Position numbers and translations under genes: made by a program. The notes under the pieces were generated by a model that saw only the letters and a list, made by a program, of their open reading frames with translations, did not search any database and had not been told where the DNA came from. 64,000 bases of DNA from an uncultured bacterium. GTDB lineage: Bacteria; Chlamydiota; Chlamydiia; Chlamydiales; SM23-39. The stretch is taken from assembly GCA_963716985.1 (NCBI GenBank), contig OY970323.1:497942-561941 (forward strand), given 5' to 3'. This document shows positions 52,465-62,481 of this stretch, piece after piece (within the stretch, counting starts at the first letter, position 1; each line of letters opens with the position of its first letter).

Positions 52465-53982
52465 ATGGCACAAGATCAAAAACATGCAATTTCTCCTACT
52501 CGACTGGAAGATTATTCCGAATGGTATCAAGAGGTAATCAAAGCATCCGACCTGGCCGAACACTCGCCGGTGCGCGGATGCATGGTAATCAAACCCTGGG
52601 GCTATGGCATCTGGGAGAACATCCAGCGGATCATGAATGCAAAGATTAAAGAGACCGGACATCAAAATGCCTACTTTCCTCTCTTCATTCCCTTGAGTTT
52701 TTTTGAACGGGAAGCCGAACATGTGGAGGGTTTTGCGAAAGAGTGTGCCGTTGTGACCCACTCTCGTTTGGAAAAAAATAAAGAGGGCAAACTGGTTCCC
52801 GCCGCGCCCTTAGAAGAGCCTTTGATCGTTCGGCCCACATCGGAAATGATCATCGGAGAGATGTTTTCCAAGTGGGTGCAATCCTGGCGCGACCTGCCCC
52901 TTTTGATCAATCAGTGGGCCAACATCGTTCGCATGGAGATGAGAACGCGCCTTTTCCTTCGCACGACCGAATTTCTCTGGCAGGAAGGACATACCGTTCA
53001 TGCAACGCAAAAAGAGGCCGAAGAAGAGACCGGAAAGATGCTGGATGTCTATGCCAAGTTTTGCCACGATATTTTGGCAATGCCGGTCATCAAGGGAGAA
53101 AAAACGGCTGCGGAGCGATTCCCCGGAGCTGTGAGTACCTATGCAATCGAAGCCATGATGCAGGATCGCAAGTCTTTGCAAGCAGGCACCTCTCATTTTC
53201 TGGGTCAGAATTTTGCTAAATCCTGCCACATTCGCTTTACCGATGAAAAGGGTGATTTGCAGTATGGCTGGACGACCTCTTGGGGTGTTACGACCCGCCT
53301 GATCGGGGGCATTATCATGACCCATAGCGATGATGATGGCCTCGTGCTGCCTCCGCGGATTGCTCCTTTGCAGATCATACTTCTGCCCATTGTGCATCAG
53401 CAAGAGGGGAGGCAAGAGCTTCTCTCCTATTGCAGGAAGATACTCGAGGAGTTGAAGAAAATTTCCTATCATGGATCTCTGCTCGAGGCGGCACTCGATG
53501 ATAGCGACAAGAGGGGAGGAGAGAAGAAGTGGGGCTGGGTGAAAAAGGGAGTGCCTCTTCGTATTGAAATCGGTCCTCGCGAAATGCAAAACGACATGCT
53601 CAGCGTTGCTAGAAGAGATCAGATGGGACAGGTCCGGCAGATGAAACGGCAAGCTTTCATCGAAGATGTGGCAAAAATTTTGGACGATCTGCAGGAAAAT
53701 CTTTTGCTAAGGGCCACATCTTTTCAAAAGGAGAACACAAAACTCATTGATTCCAAAGAAGAGCTCTTTCGGTTTTTCACTCCCCAAAATGAAGGAAAAC
53801 CGGAAATCCATGGAGGCTTTGCCCTGTCGCATTTTTGCCAAGATCCAAAAACAGAAGAAGAGCTGAAAAAAGAGCTCAACATCACTGTTCGGTGCATTCC
53901 CTTGGGAAAAGAAGAAATGGGAAAATGCATCATTACCGGCGCTCTTAGCAAACAGAGGGTCATTTTTGCGAAGGCATATTAA
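52465..53982 (+). CDS. proS: Proline--tRNA ligase (archaeal/eukaryote-like type)
   Basis: DYSEWYQEVIKASDLAEHSPVRGCMVIKPWGYGIWENIQ...YFPLFIP...RPTSE...FLWQEGHT. Confidence 0.9.
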   Translation: MAQDQKHAISPTRLEDYSEWYQEVIKASDLAEHSPVRGCMVIKPWGYGIWENIQRIMNAKIKETGHQNAYFPLFIPLSFFEREAEHVEGFAKECAVVTHSRLEKNKEGKLVPAAPLEEPLIVRPTSEMIIGEMFSKWVQSWRDLPLLINQWANIVRMEMRTRLFLRTTEFLWQEGHTVHATQKEAEEETGKMLDVYAKFCHDILAMPVIKGEKTAAERFPGAVSTYAIEAMMQDRKSLQAGTSHFLGQNFAKSCHIRFTDEKGDLQYGWTTSWGVTTRLIGGIIMTHSDDDGLVLPPRIAPLQIILLPIVHQQEGRQELLSYCRKILEELKKISYHGSLLEAALDDSDKRGGEKKWGWVKKGVPLRIEIGPREMQNDMLSVARRDQMGQVRQMKRQAFIEDVAKILDDLQENLLLRATSFQKENTKLIDSKEELFRFFTPQNEGKPEIHGGFALSHFCQDPKTEEELKKELNITVRCIPLGKEEMGKCIITGALSKQRVIFAKAY

Positions 53983-54057
53983 TGCCAAGGCATACTAATG
54001 CCGAGGCATACTAAACGGAAAACATAAAAAAGATTTTTCATAGGAGAGACAGACTTT

Positions 54058-56382
54058 ATGATGCAGTTTTTGCGCAAATACCAACGCTATATCTTCATAG
54101 TCATTACCGCATTCATTGTGATTTCATTTTCCTTTTTTGGGACCTTTAGTTTGCAGTGGGGTTCGCAAAAGAAGAAAGAGATTAAGGTTGCAGAGCGTTT
54201 GGACGGCTCCGAATTGACCTACTCTTCCGTGGAAAAGATGTCGCGATTTCTCTCATCGGACAGCGAAAGTTTGCGCAATACCAGAGAGCGCTTCATGCCC
54301 AACCTTTTCAATGACGGCGTGATTGAAAAAGATTTTTTGGAAAGCAAAATCATCTCCCATCTCGTTGCCCATTATTTCGAAGATCTAAAACCCCACTTGC
54401 AGCTCATGTTGGACCGCGTGCAGCACTATATTCCCTACAAACATCCGGAAACAGACGCGCTCAGTTCCATGATGGTTTGGAATCAGCTCGCCCCTTCGAT
54501 TAGCCAAGGATTGCTTGATCTCCGCAAGGAGAAAGAGGTCTCTCTTGCCTTTTTTTCCCGCCTCTTTGATCTCTATCTTGCGGAAAAAAGCTTTCCGCCC
54601 GAAGCCTTGCAAAGAGTTCTCATCTATCAGCAAAATCAAAATCCCTCTCTTCCTGTAGACATGCGGCTTGTGCAGGAGGATTTTTCTCTCTTTTCGCTGC
54701 ATACGATCTCCGATTGGTTCGGCCAAAATTTTATTGACATGATCAGCCAGTTCATCCTCAACGCGGCATCGGTTGCAAAAGAAAAGGGGTATCAGGTAAG
54801 CGAAAGGGAAGCTATTTTTGAGCTCAAAGAGAACTTAAAAAAAGGTCTCAAAAAATGGGGCCTTGAGATGAAAGAGGGAGATTTCCGTCAACACCTGCAA
54901 ATGCTCGGAATGAGTGAGGAAGACACGATAGAAACCTATCGGCAGATCCTGCTTTTTAGAAGATATTTTCACGATATGGGCGGCCATGTTTTTCTCGATG
55001 CTCAACCCTATAAAGAGATCGCGGCTTTTGCTGCAGAGTCGGCCCTTGTGCAATTGTTTGATCTGCCTCCTTACTTACAGCTGAAAAACTTTCATGATTT
55101 GATGCTTTTGGAGGTCTATCTTCAAGCAGTCTATCCCCACAACAAGAATCCCTTGGAGCTGCGCGGCGATGGCGATCCGATCGAATCGGTAGAGAAAAGG
55201 GCTCCCGACCTTGTGGGCAAGAACTATCAGATCCGTCTGAGAGAAACAACCAAAGAGCGCGTCCTTTTGCGCATTGGAGAAAGAGAGCTTTGGGAGTGGG
55301 AGATGAAGGAGCCTTTTTTTAAGGAGCTCAAAGAAAAATTTCCTTTTCTTGCCCATGTTCAAGCAGCAACTGCGCAAAAGCGGTTTGAAGCGTTAGAAAA
55401 TCTCACCTGGGAAAAAAGAGAAGAGGTGGATCGCTTTGCCCGCGATCGAATTTTAGAGGGCCATCCTACCTGGATTCAAGAATCTCTCATCGCCTCTTCA
55501 CAAAAAGAGATGCACCTGGACCTTCGCCTCGGAAAGAGCCAAATTGTTTTAAAAGGGGTACAAAGCCCGGAAAAACTTTTTCCCATTCTTGAAAAAGCAC
55601 CCCTCCTTTCCCAAGAGAGCCTTACGAGCGAGGAGAAAAAAGCAATCGAAGCGCTCAAATTTTTTACTCAAGATAAGGAGCATTACTATTCCATCGAACT
55701 CGTGGGCCGCGACAAAGAAAAACACATCCTTTTATTTGGAGAGGCTCTGAAGGATGGGACACTAGAGCATATGCTCGATTCCTTTTTAGAAAAGCATTAT
55801 GATGAGGCCAAGGGCAGGAGGCCCGATCTTTTTGGCTTGCAAAAGCCTTTTGATGAAGTCAAAGACCAGATCGGCAAGATTGTCTTCGTAGATCTTTTGA
55901 AATCCATCGATCAGGATTATAGCAAGCAGATCGGAAAAATCACCTGGGAAGAGGGCAATGGCTCCTTGGATTTTTATGCAAAACATCGACTTTTCTGCCA
56001 TGTGCGAAAACTTCGCGAGAAGATCATGAATCAAAAAGATCCCTCGCTCTTTCTTCAAAAAAATGAAAATTCTCTGGCAGATCAATGGAAGATGAAAGAA
56101 AAAACGCTCGACGTAGATCGAACCTTTGATCCCTCCTGGGTGAGCAGTCAACTCTTCAAAAAGAAGAAGGTGGACTGGTCCTCCGTTCATGTCGAATCTT
56201 CGGGAAGTATCGCCTTCTTTCACGTTCTGGAATGGAAGCAAAAGCCGGCCGCTTTTGAAGAAGATCTTCTCTTGAATCAAAAAAAGCTCTCTTTTGAGGC
56301 GCAAGGTTATTTGACGAAGAAGCTACTCAAGAGAATGCAGGAAAAGAGAGCCATTGTCTTGCCGATTAGGAAAGAAGATTAA
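54058..56382 (+). CDS. PpiD/SurA-N-like membrane-anchored periplasmic chaperone (774 aa); function tentative
   Basis: The N-terminus MMQFLRKYQRYIFIVITAFIVISFSFFGT is typical of PpiD-type anchors. I noticed no clear parvulin motif. Confidence 0.45.
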   Translation: MMQFLRKYQRYIFIVITAFIVISFSFFGTFSLQWGSQKKKEIKVAERLDGSELTYSSVEKMSRFLSSDSESLRNTRERFMPNLFNDGVIEKDFLESKIISHLVAHYFEDLKPHLQLMLDRVQHYIPYKHPETDALSSMMVWNQLAPSISQGLLDLRKEKEVSLAFFSRLFDLYLAEKSFPPEALQRVLIYQQNQNPSLPVDMRLVQEDFSLFSLHTISDWFGQNFIDMISQFILNAASVAKEKGYQVSEREAIFELKENLKKGLKKWGLEMKEGDFRQHLQMLGMSEEDTIETYRQILLFRRYFHDMGGHVFLDAQPYKEIAAFAAESALVQLFDLPPYLQLKNFHDLMLLEVYLQAVYPHNKNPLELRGDGDPIESVEKRAPDLVGKNYQIRLRETTKERVLLRIGERELWEWEMKEPFFKELKEKFPFLAHVQAATAQKRFEALENLTWEKREEVDRFARDRILEGHPTWIQESLIASSQKEMHLDLRLGKSQIVLKGVQSPEKLFPILEKAPLLSQESLTSEEKKAIEALKFFTQDKEHYYSIELVGRDKEKHILLFGEALKDGTLEHMLDSFLEKHYDEAKGRRPDLFGLQKPFDEVKDQIGKIVFVDLLKSIDQDYSKQIGKITWEEGNGSLDFYAKHRLFCHVRKLREKIMNQKDPSLFLQKNENSLADQWKMKEKTLDVDRTFDPSWVSSQLFKKKKVDWSSVHVESSGSIAFFHVLEWKQKPAAFEEDLLLNQKKLSFEAQGYLTKKLLKRMQEKRAIVLPIRKED

Positions 56383-57016
56383 GATGCTGGAAGATTTACC
56401 CCTTCTTTCGTTTTTTCCTTTCTTTTCCATCTGCATTGAGTGTTTGCATTTAGGAAATAAAGAGAAATGGACACAGGATCATCTCATTCCTTCCACTTCT
56501 CCATATCTCGATGAGAAGCCCTTTGCCGATCTCTATTTTGGCTGGCGAGAAAATGCTCTTTTGTTTCGTCTCGATAGCAAGAAGCCCTTTGAGCATGTAG
56601 AAAGAGCCGATTACAAGAATGGGGATGCCCTTGAGATTTTTATCGATACGCGCGATCTCAAAACAAGAGGTAGTTCGGCTTTTTGCCACCAATTTCTCTT
56701 TTTTCCCGAAAAAGTGGGGGGGTATTGGGCCAAGGAGATCACCCAGTTTCGCTCCTCTGAGATCCATCCTCTATGCGATCCTCGAGAATTGGGAGTAGAG
56801 AGCCGCTTGTCATCTTCTACCTTTTCTTTAGAGATCGAGATTCCTGTCTCTTGTCTTTATGGATTCGATCCTTCTCGTTTTGATCGATTCGGCTTTGCCT
56901 ATCGGCTCCACCGCCCCGCGGACAATCCCCAGAATTTTTGTCTCTCTTCCTTCGAGTTTTCTCTGGAAAGACAACCCTCTTTCTGGTCTAGTGTAAAAAT
57001 GATCAAAGAAAAATGA
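56354..57016 (+). CDS. Hypothetical protein (possibly a CBM9/DOMON-like fold); start may be the ATG at 56385
   Basis: The ORF is in an operon-like arrangement. GDALEIFIDTRD is reminiscent of CBM9-like domains, but this is weak. Confidence 0.4.
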   Translation: MSCRLGKKIKMLEDLPLLSFFPFFSICIECLHLGNKEKWTQDHLIPSTSPYLDEKPFADLYFGWRENALLFRLDSKKPFEHVERADYKNGDALEIFIDTRDLKTRGSSAFCHQFLFFPEKVGGYWAKEITQFRSSEIHPLCDPRELGVESRLSSSTFSLEIEIPVSCLYGFDPSRFDRFGFAYRLHRPADNPQNFCLSSFEFSLERQPSFWSSVKMIKEK

Positions 57017-57387
57017 AGGTACGCATGAAATTTTCCAAATCACATGCTTGGGTAGAGCTCAAAGGCACTATTGCAACCGTTGGTATTTCTCAAGAGGCGC
57101 TAGAGCTTTTGGGAGAGATTGTTTTTGTGGATCTGCCAACGATTGGCAAAGAGATCAAGATCGACGAGCCCTCCGTTCTTTTAGAAGCCTCCAAAGCAGC
57201 TTCGGATTTCTACTCTCCGCTTTCCGGGAAAATCGTAGCAGTGAATGAATATCTGAAAAACAATCCCGCTCTTTTGAACGAGAGTCCGGAAAAAAAAGGA
57301 TGGCTCTACCGGATGGATATTTCGAAGAAAGAAGAAATCGACCATCTCCTCGATGAGAAGGAGTATCGCATCTTCGCCGGAGGCTAA
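57013..57387 (+). CDS. gcvH: Glycine cleavage system H protein (lipoyl carrier)
   Basis: SHAWVELKGTIATVGISQEALELLGEIVFVDLP...LLEASKAASDFYSPLSGKIVAVN. Confidence 0.9.
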   Translation: MKVRMKFSKSHAWVELKGTIATVGISQEALELLGEIVFVDLPTIGKEIKIDEPSVLLEASKAASDFYSPLSGKIVAVNEYLKNNPALLNESPEKKGWLYRMDISKKEEIDHLLDEKEYRIFAGG

Positions 57388-57388
57388 A

Positions 57389-57631
57389 ATGAAAAAGAAA
57401 ATTACCTGCAAAACGGGTCTGAAAGAAGAGATCATCAACAAAGAAGTGTTTGATCGAGAAGTCGCTCTATGTCACATGCTTTCTCGGGAAAACAATGGAA
57501 CGTGCGGCTGGGGTGTCTGCGCTCATTGCGGCGTCATTCCTCTTTTGGTTAAATTGCACAAAGGAGAGTTGTTAGAAAAGCCGAATGAAATAAGTAAAAT
57601 CAAACACGAGTTTCTCAATCTTGCAAAATGA
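57389..57631 (+). CDS. Small Cys-containing hypothetical protein (80 aa)
   Basis: MKKKITCKTG...NNGTCGWGVCAHCGVIPLL. It starts 2 nt after the gcvH stop. Confidence 0.45.
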   Translation: MKKKITCKTGLKEEIINKEVFDREVALCHMLSRENNGTCGWGVCAHCGVIPLLVKLHKGELLEKPNEISKIKHEFLNLAK

Positions 57632-58170
57632 TGCTGGGAATAAATTTTCGAGAAGTACAAAGGGTTTTTCACGTTTGTCTGCAAAAGCTGTCATCCGTTT
57701 TTTTTCCGCCCATCTGCCTTCATTGCGATAGAGAAATGCCGCACAATCAATCGCTTTTTTGCGAAGGGTGCGCGCAGCTTTTGACCCTTTGCGATTTGGC
57801 AAAAGATGCACGGTGCGGCTGTTTATTTGAACAATTAGGGCCGGCGCTTACTCTCTATTCCTGTTTTGCCAGAGGATCCCAAGTGCTCTTTTCCAAAACG
57901 CTTGCCTCCTACATGGTGGTCCAGATGGATCGTATGGGCTGGCCGGAGTTTGATGCGATTCTAAAACCCTCTAGAAAAGAGCCGAAGGCCATGAGAGATC
58001 TTGCACGCGAGCTTGCTCTCCTTCTTCAAAAAAAAATCAGCTCTTCTTCCGAAAAAAAGGGCGTCTATTTGGTGATTGCTGCAACAATCGATGAAGAGAC
58101 GTTAAGACAAAAAGAGGCAATTTTCCAAGGATCCAAGATTTATGGGATGGGAATTTTTCGAAAATTTTAA
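57628..58170 (+). CDS. ComF-family-like protein (double Zn-ribbon N-terminus, short PRTase-like remainder)
   Basis: [28 protein letters not shown]. Confidence 0.45.
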   Translation: MMLGINFREVQRVFHVCLQKLSSVFFPPICLHCDREMPHNQSLFCEGCAQLLTLCDLAKDARCGCLFEQLGPALTLYSCFARGSQVLFSKTLASYMVVQMDRMGWPEFDAILKPSRKEPKAMRDLARELALLLQKKISSSSEKKGVYLVIAATIDEETLRQKEAIFQGSKIYGMGIFRKF

Positions 58171-59492
58171 GATGCGATATTCCGTTTTGCCAGTTCTACC
58201 TGTCGTTTGAGCGAATGGTTTTTTTCGATCTCTTGAGAAATTTTCTTCCAGGCATGCAAGAGCGTCGAGTGGGTTTTTCCTCCAAAGGAAGAGGCAATTT
58301 TCATGAGAGAGTCGTCCATGAGTTCTTTGGCCAGATACATCGCCACCTGTCTTGGAAGCGCAATTTCTTTCAGCCGAGACTCTCCTTTCAGATCGCTCAC
58401 TCGCGCTTCAAAAACCGTAGCAACGCTTTTTAATATGCTCTCGACGGTGATCTTGTTTTGAGGGGGGCGATAATCGGAGATCTCTTTTAAAAAGTTTTCT
58501 GCAATTTTTTCCGTCATCTCCAGATGCATCAGACGGCAATAAGCAGAGAGGCGGTTGATCACTCCTTCCATTTGCCGTACGTTGGTATAGGCGCGGTCGG
58601 CAATGAAGAAGGCGACATTCTGGGGGATCGCGATCCCTTTTGATTCGGCTTTTTGCTGGATAATGGCCACTCGGGTTTCAAGTTCGGGAATTCCGATATG
58701 CGCCACAAGCCCCCATTCCATACGGGCGATCATTCTCTCGGAGAGCTTGAGCTGGGAGGGCGGTTTATCAGAGGTGATGACGATTTGCTTATTTTGATTG
58801 ATCAGGCTTTCGAATGTGTTGCAAAATTCCTCTTCGAAATTGAGGCGATTTTGCAGAAATTGGATATCGTCGACGAGAAGAACGTCGAGGTTGCGGTAAA
58901 ATCGCTTCATCTTATCGCTCGATTTATTGCGCAAGCTGTCGACCAGGTCATTAATAAAAGATTCCGTTGTGATGCATTGGACGGTGAGTTTTTTTAACGT
59001 CTTTTGCACCTCGTGGCCGATTCCATGCAACAGATGGGTTTTGCCAAGGCCAACGCCTCCGTGAATGAAGAGGGGATTGAAAGACTTTCCGGGCTTTGCC
59101 GCAACCCCAAGAGCCGCTGATTTGACAAACTGGTTGGAGGGGCCCTCCACAAAGCTTTCAAAGGTATAGTTCGGATTGAGGTTGCCGCTCTGAGCTTTGG
59201 GAAGAGGGGGAAGCGGGGGAGCGATTGTGATCTTTTTTTCCGTAGGCGAGATGATAAATTCGATTGCAGGCTCTTTTGACGCTGTGGGAAAAAGAGCGAA
59301 GAGATCTTCCTTATAATTGTCTAAAAGATACTCCTTGACGAAGATGTTTGGCACCTCAAGGGTAATGGATTTTTCAGATGCGGACACAAAGCGGATAGGA
59401 GAGAGCCAGTTTTGATACTCTGCGAGGGAGCATTTCTTTTGCACGAGCTCTAAAAACTGCACCCAAAGATCCTGAAGGTTTGTCGTGAGCAT
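58167..59492 (-). CDS. dnaA: Chromosomal replication initiator protein DnaA
   Basis: [33 protein letters not shown], and the C-terminal DNA-binding domain ...[42 protein letters not shown]. Confidence 0.95.
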   Translation of the reverse strand: MLTTNLQDLWVQFLELVQKKCSLAEYQNWLSPIRFVSASEKSITLEVPNIFVKEYLLDNYKEDLFALFPTASKEPAIEFIISPTEKKITIAPPLPPLPKAQSGNLNPNYTFESFVEGPSNQFVKSAALGVAAKPGKSFNPLFIHGGVGLGKTHLLHGIGHEVQKTLKKLTVQCITTESFINDLVDSLRNKSSDKMKRFYRNLDVLLVDDIQFLQNRLNFEEEFCNTFESLINQNKQIVITSDKPPSQLKLSERMIARMEWGLVAHIGIPELETRVAIIQQKAESKGIAIPQNVAFFIADRAYTNVRQMEGVINRLSAYCRLMHLEMTEKIAENFLKEISDYRPPQNKITVESILKSVATVFEARVSDLKGESRLKEIALPRQVAMYLAKELMDDSLMKIASSFGGKTHSTLLHAWKKISQEIEKNHSLKRQVELAKRNIAS

Positions 59493-59705
59493 TTTGAAAG
59501 TTTTTCTTCTTTTTTGGAGGCCTTTACAAGATCAGACTCTAACAGCTCACTTCTTAGGGCGCAAGCGAAAATTCGAGAGAAAATGTGCATCGAATTTAAC
59601 CAAAAAGATCTTAGGTTTTTAAGAAAAAAAAGAAACCTTTCATGAGCTGAAAATGAAATTTCACAAGTGGATTGTCTGCTTGGAATCGATGAGAATTTTT
59701 GTGAT

Positions 59706-60032
59706 CTAGCGTTTTTGAAGTTTCGAAAATACCGAAGACCAGAAATCTTCACAAAAATCCCAAGGAACCAAAACAGGAAAAAGAGCAACGTCGGAAAGAA
59801 GAATGGGTCCAATAATTACAGCAATGATATCGCTTGAAAATCCAAGATGTGAAAAAATGGCCGCAAGAATAAAAAAAACAGCATTTGCAATCACCAAAAT
59901 ATTCCCGATCATGTAGGGATTTAAAGGCTTTGATTTGTTCTCCCTTGAAAATAAGGCAAAAAGATTTGATCCCGGAGCAATGGAAAGGGTTGTAGCTTTG
60001 ATCATTTTTTTTCCTCCTGATTGCATACCCAC
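59706..60032 (-). CDS. Small membrane protein (108 aa)
   Basis: Two or three hydrophobic segments. No similarity recognised. Confidence 0.4.
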   Translation of the reverse strand: MGMQSGGKKMIKATTLSIAPGSNLFALFSRENKSKPLNPYMIGNILVIANAVFFILAAIFSHLGFSSDIIAVIIGPILLSDVALFPVLVPWDFCEDFWSSVFSKLQKR

Positions 60033-60526
60033 TTAACGCCAGTTACTGCAAAGTAAAACAGGCCGACAAAACTCGCATAATATACAGCCGAAGCCGCGTA
60101 GCAGGTTGCTTGATAAAAAAGATTGTTTGGGGTGGCGAACCATTTATTGCATTCCCTATATGAGGCGAAGGCAAAGGAGCCAAAAGTAAGTATGCTGAAT
60201 AAACCTACTGCTATACAGTTGATGAGATCCGCGCTCATTCTCGAGGCAGTATCAATTTTTTTGGAACCTGCATCCATCATAATTTTGATGACCACAAGGC
60301 CGCAACCTAAAGTTGTTCCTACTAAAAAACCCATGGGACCGCCCAGGCAAACACCCCCGAGCGCACCTCCGGCAATTCCACTAAGTGAAACTTTTGTTCC
60401 CGGTGAAAAATAACTTGTATCTGTTTTCATCCTATTGACAGCGCGGAAGCCTACTTCTTTAGGGGTGGGAGGAAGCGCCGCTCCTTTATTAACTGTTAAA
60501 GAAAGGGGTCCTGCGACCCCTGTCAA
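60002..60526 (-). CDS. Membrane protein (174 aa), Gly-rich TM segments
   Basis: LSGIAGGALGGVCLGGPMGFLVGTTLGCGLVVI plus two further TM segments. Confidence 0.45.
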   Translation of the reverse strand: MTGVAGPLSLTVNKGAALPPTPKEVGFRAVNRMKTDTSYFSPGTKVSLSGIAGGALGGVCLGGPMGFLVGTTLGCGLVVIKIMMDAGSKKIDTASRMSADLINCIAVGLFSILTFGSFAFASYRECNKWFATPNNLFYQATCYAASAVYYASFVGLFYFAVTGVKWVCNQEEKK

Positions 60527-60771
60527 TCCACGTAATCTACTTAAGGGAATTACGTGATTTGAGTTTATGCAAAAGAAAAGTTTTTCTCAAGAATGATTGG
60601 GAGTTTGTAGCAGCTCCCTCTCTAAATGAGAAATTTGAAGCACGGCTGCTCTCGTTCGCGATTCGAAAAAAGATAGCGAACGTTTGCGAAAATTTTTGCT
60701 TGCCTTTGTCTATGAAAAAAACCTTCGGCGGGAGCTCCTGGGGGGGGTGGGGACTCAGATTGGAAGCTCTG

Positions 60772-61167
60772 TTATGAATGGCTTTGGATCAAAGCTTCTG
60801 CTTGCTGCGCGATTCTTACATTGGGGCAGCGCTCCAGCACTTTGGCCTGCAGAAGTCCCTGCTTCTTATAACCGATCGAAAAGAGGGCTTTGGACCGATT
60901 GAGAATCGTCGGATAATGATTGGGATCGATCTTCAGCGCGCGATCGAGATATTCCAGAGATTCAAGCCCTTTTCCCATCTGCAGATAAATCGCTCCGAGC
61001 ATTTGCAAGTCGTAGGTTCCTTTGGGATTGAGCAAAACCAGCATTTTGAAAAAATCAAGAGCAATGTCGAATTTTCCTTGTTGTGCGTAGGCAGCGCCCA
61101 CAAATCGGACATTATTGACGGTGTCAGCGTCCCATCCGAGAAGATCTGCCCAATTCTGTTTTGCCAT
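60772..61167 (-). CDS. Small TPR protein (type III secretion class II chaperone-like)
   Basis: 131 aa with three TPR-like units (AAYAQQGKFDIALDFFKMLVLLNP...; GAIYLQMGKGLESLEYLDRALKIDP...). The function is inferred only from size and TPR content. Confidence 0.4.
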   Translation of the reverse strand: MAKQNWADLLGWDADTVNNVRFVGAAYAQQGKFDIALDFFKMLVLLNPKGTYDLQMLGAIYLQMGKGLESLEYLDRALKIDPNHYPTILNRSKALFSIGYKKQGLLQAKVLERCPNVRIAQQAEALIQSHS

Positions 61168-61172
61168 AGAAA

Positions 61173-61619
61173 TTATCCTGCAAGGAACTGCCGTCGTCCA
61201 TGATTGCTCAGGCGCAGGAGTTCTTCAATTTTTTTGGTTCTTTCAATAAAAGAGCTAACGATTCGACTTTCGTTATCTTCGGGCTTTGGAAGGGTGGTAA
61301 TGGTTTGTTTGAGTTGTTCGACGTCGAGTCCCGGAATGAGTTGATCGCCGAAGACGAATTTAGAAGGAACGGCAATTGAAGGGGGAAAATCGGCCCACGT
61401 GCTTTTCTCCTTTTCTCCTAAGAATTCCGGGCGAACAAAGGAAGGATGGAGTGTAAGGCTCTCTGTTCTATGGGGAATCTCCATGGAGTCTTTAATAAAG
61501 GAAGAATCATAGCGCTCTGCATTCTCTGCGTAAGCTCTTGACACCTCTATACCCATATCTGCAACGGTTTTGGGAGCTACCTTTTCGAAATCTGCCATGA
61601 AAATACCTTTTTCGATCAT
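61173..61619 (-). CDS. Hypothetical protein (148 aa)
   Basis: The ORF is tightly coupled (5 nt) to the TPR gene downstream. Confidence 0.45.
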   Translation of the reverse strand: MIEKGIFMADFEKVAPKTVADMGIEVSRAYAENAERYDSSFIKDSMEIPHRTESLTLHPSFVRPEFLGEKEKSTWADFPPSIAVPSKFVFGDQLIPGLDVEQLKQTITTLPKPEDNESRIVSSFIERTKKIEELLRLSNHGRRQFLAG

Positions 61620-61943
61620 TGTAGCAGGTGGATCTTTTTTTCAAAGCTCCCTCTTTTCCCACAATTGCGGCGCTGCCGCAGATATGAACAGCTTTTGGCA
61701 AGGAGTTGGCAGACTCGCGTATTTCTTTATTAAGTTGCTGATAGAAAATGAGATAAGTATGGGTAATGAGCCTATTTTTTTACGGGATTTGGGAGGCAGT
61801 TTTCAACAAGTTTTCCACAATTTCCCACCGGTTGTTCATAAAATTTTATTTCCATTTTAAGCCTTTTGCCTTCAGCGTCTTGATCAACGAAATGCGGGGT
61901 GCGATAAAAAGAGTTTTTTGAAAATTATTGCCAACTTTTTTCT

Positions 61944-62480
61944 TTGAGTGCTAGTATGTGGAAAACGGTGGGAATCCCTGTGGAAGAGTTTCAAGGCGCT
62001 CCATTTTTTAGCGGTGCTGTAGATGCCAAGCTCGATAGTAAAAATCGCTTGGTCCTTCCCCATTTTATGCGCTATGGCCTTGTAGAAGAGGGGAGGCTCG
62101 AGTGCACAATTGGCTTAAGTTTGGGCGGCTGTCTTGCCATTTACCGACGATCGGACATATTGAAGATTGCCAAAAAGTTCCAGGAGAACCTCTATGTTGC
62201 AAAATACCAAAAGTTCTTCACCCTTTTCTTTTCCACTCTGCACCACACAACTTGCGATAAAATCGGACGCATTTCTATTCCTTTTCGTTTGAAAAATGCA
62301 GTGCAAATGGAAAAGGAGATTGTCATCGCCGGCGTTTTGAACAAAATCGAGATCTGGCCGAAAATGATCTATGAAAAGCATCTGAAGGATTTGTTAGAGG
62401 GGAAAGATCCCGAGTTGGATTTTGCGAAAATGACCGAAGAGGCCTTTGCTCTATTAAGAGAGGAAAAGCAGATACCGTAA
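61944..62480 (+). CDS. mraZ: Transcriptional regulator MraZ (start uncertain: TTG 61944, ATG 61956 or GTG 61980)
   Basis: There are two SpoVT/AbrB-like repeats, each with DxxxR: DAKLDSKNRLVLPHFMR and CDKIGRISIPFRLK. Confidence 0.85.
   Translation: MSASMWKTVGIPVEEFQGAPFFSGAVDAKLDSKNRLVLPHFMRYGLVEEGRLECTIGLSLGGCLAIYRRSDILKIAKKFQENLYVAKYQKFFTLFFSTLHHTTCDKIGRISIPFRLKNAVQMEKEIVIAGVLNKIEIWPKMIYEKHLKDLLEGKDPELDFAKMTEEAFALLREEKQIP
61958..61984 (+). promoter_or_regulatory. Three direct GTGG(A/G) repeats at 10-12-nt spacing (candidate MraZ boxes)
   Basis: GTGGA at 61958, GTGGG at 61968 and GTGGA at 61980. Confidence 0.35.
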
Positions 62481-62481
62481 C

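Noticed and set aside
59493-59705. Possible DnaA boxes / oriC upstream of dnaA
   Set aside because: I found only one weak partial match (AAGTGGATTG versus TGTGGATAA) and no cluster of boxes or obvious AT-rich unwinding element, so I cannot support an origin call from this window.
59450-59812. 120-aa minus-strand ORF overlapping the dnaA start and upstream region
   Set aside because: It overlaps the dnaA N-terminus out of frame, and its hydrophobic low-complexity translation is derived from T-rich intergenic DNA. It is more likely promoter or leader sequence.
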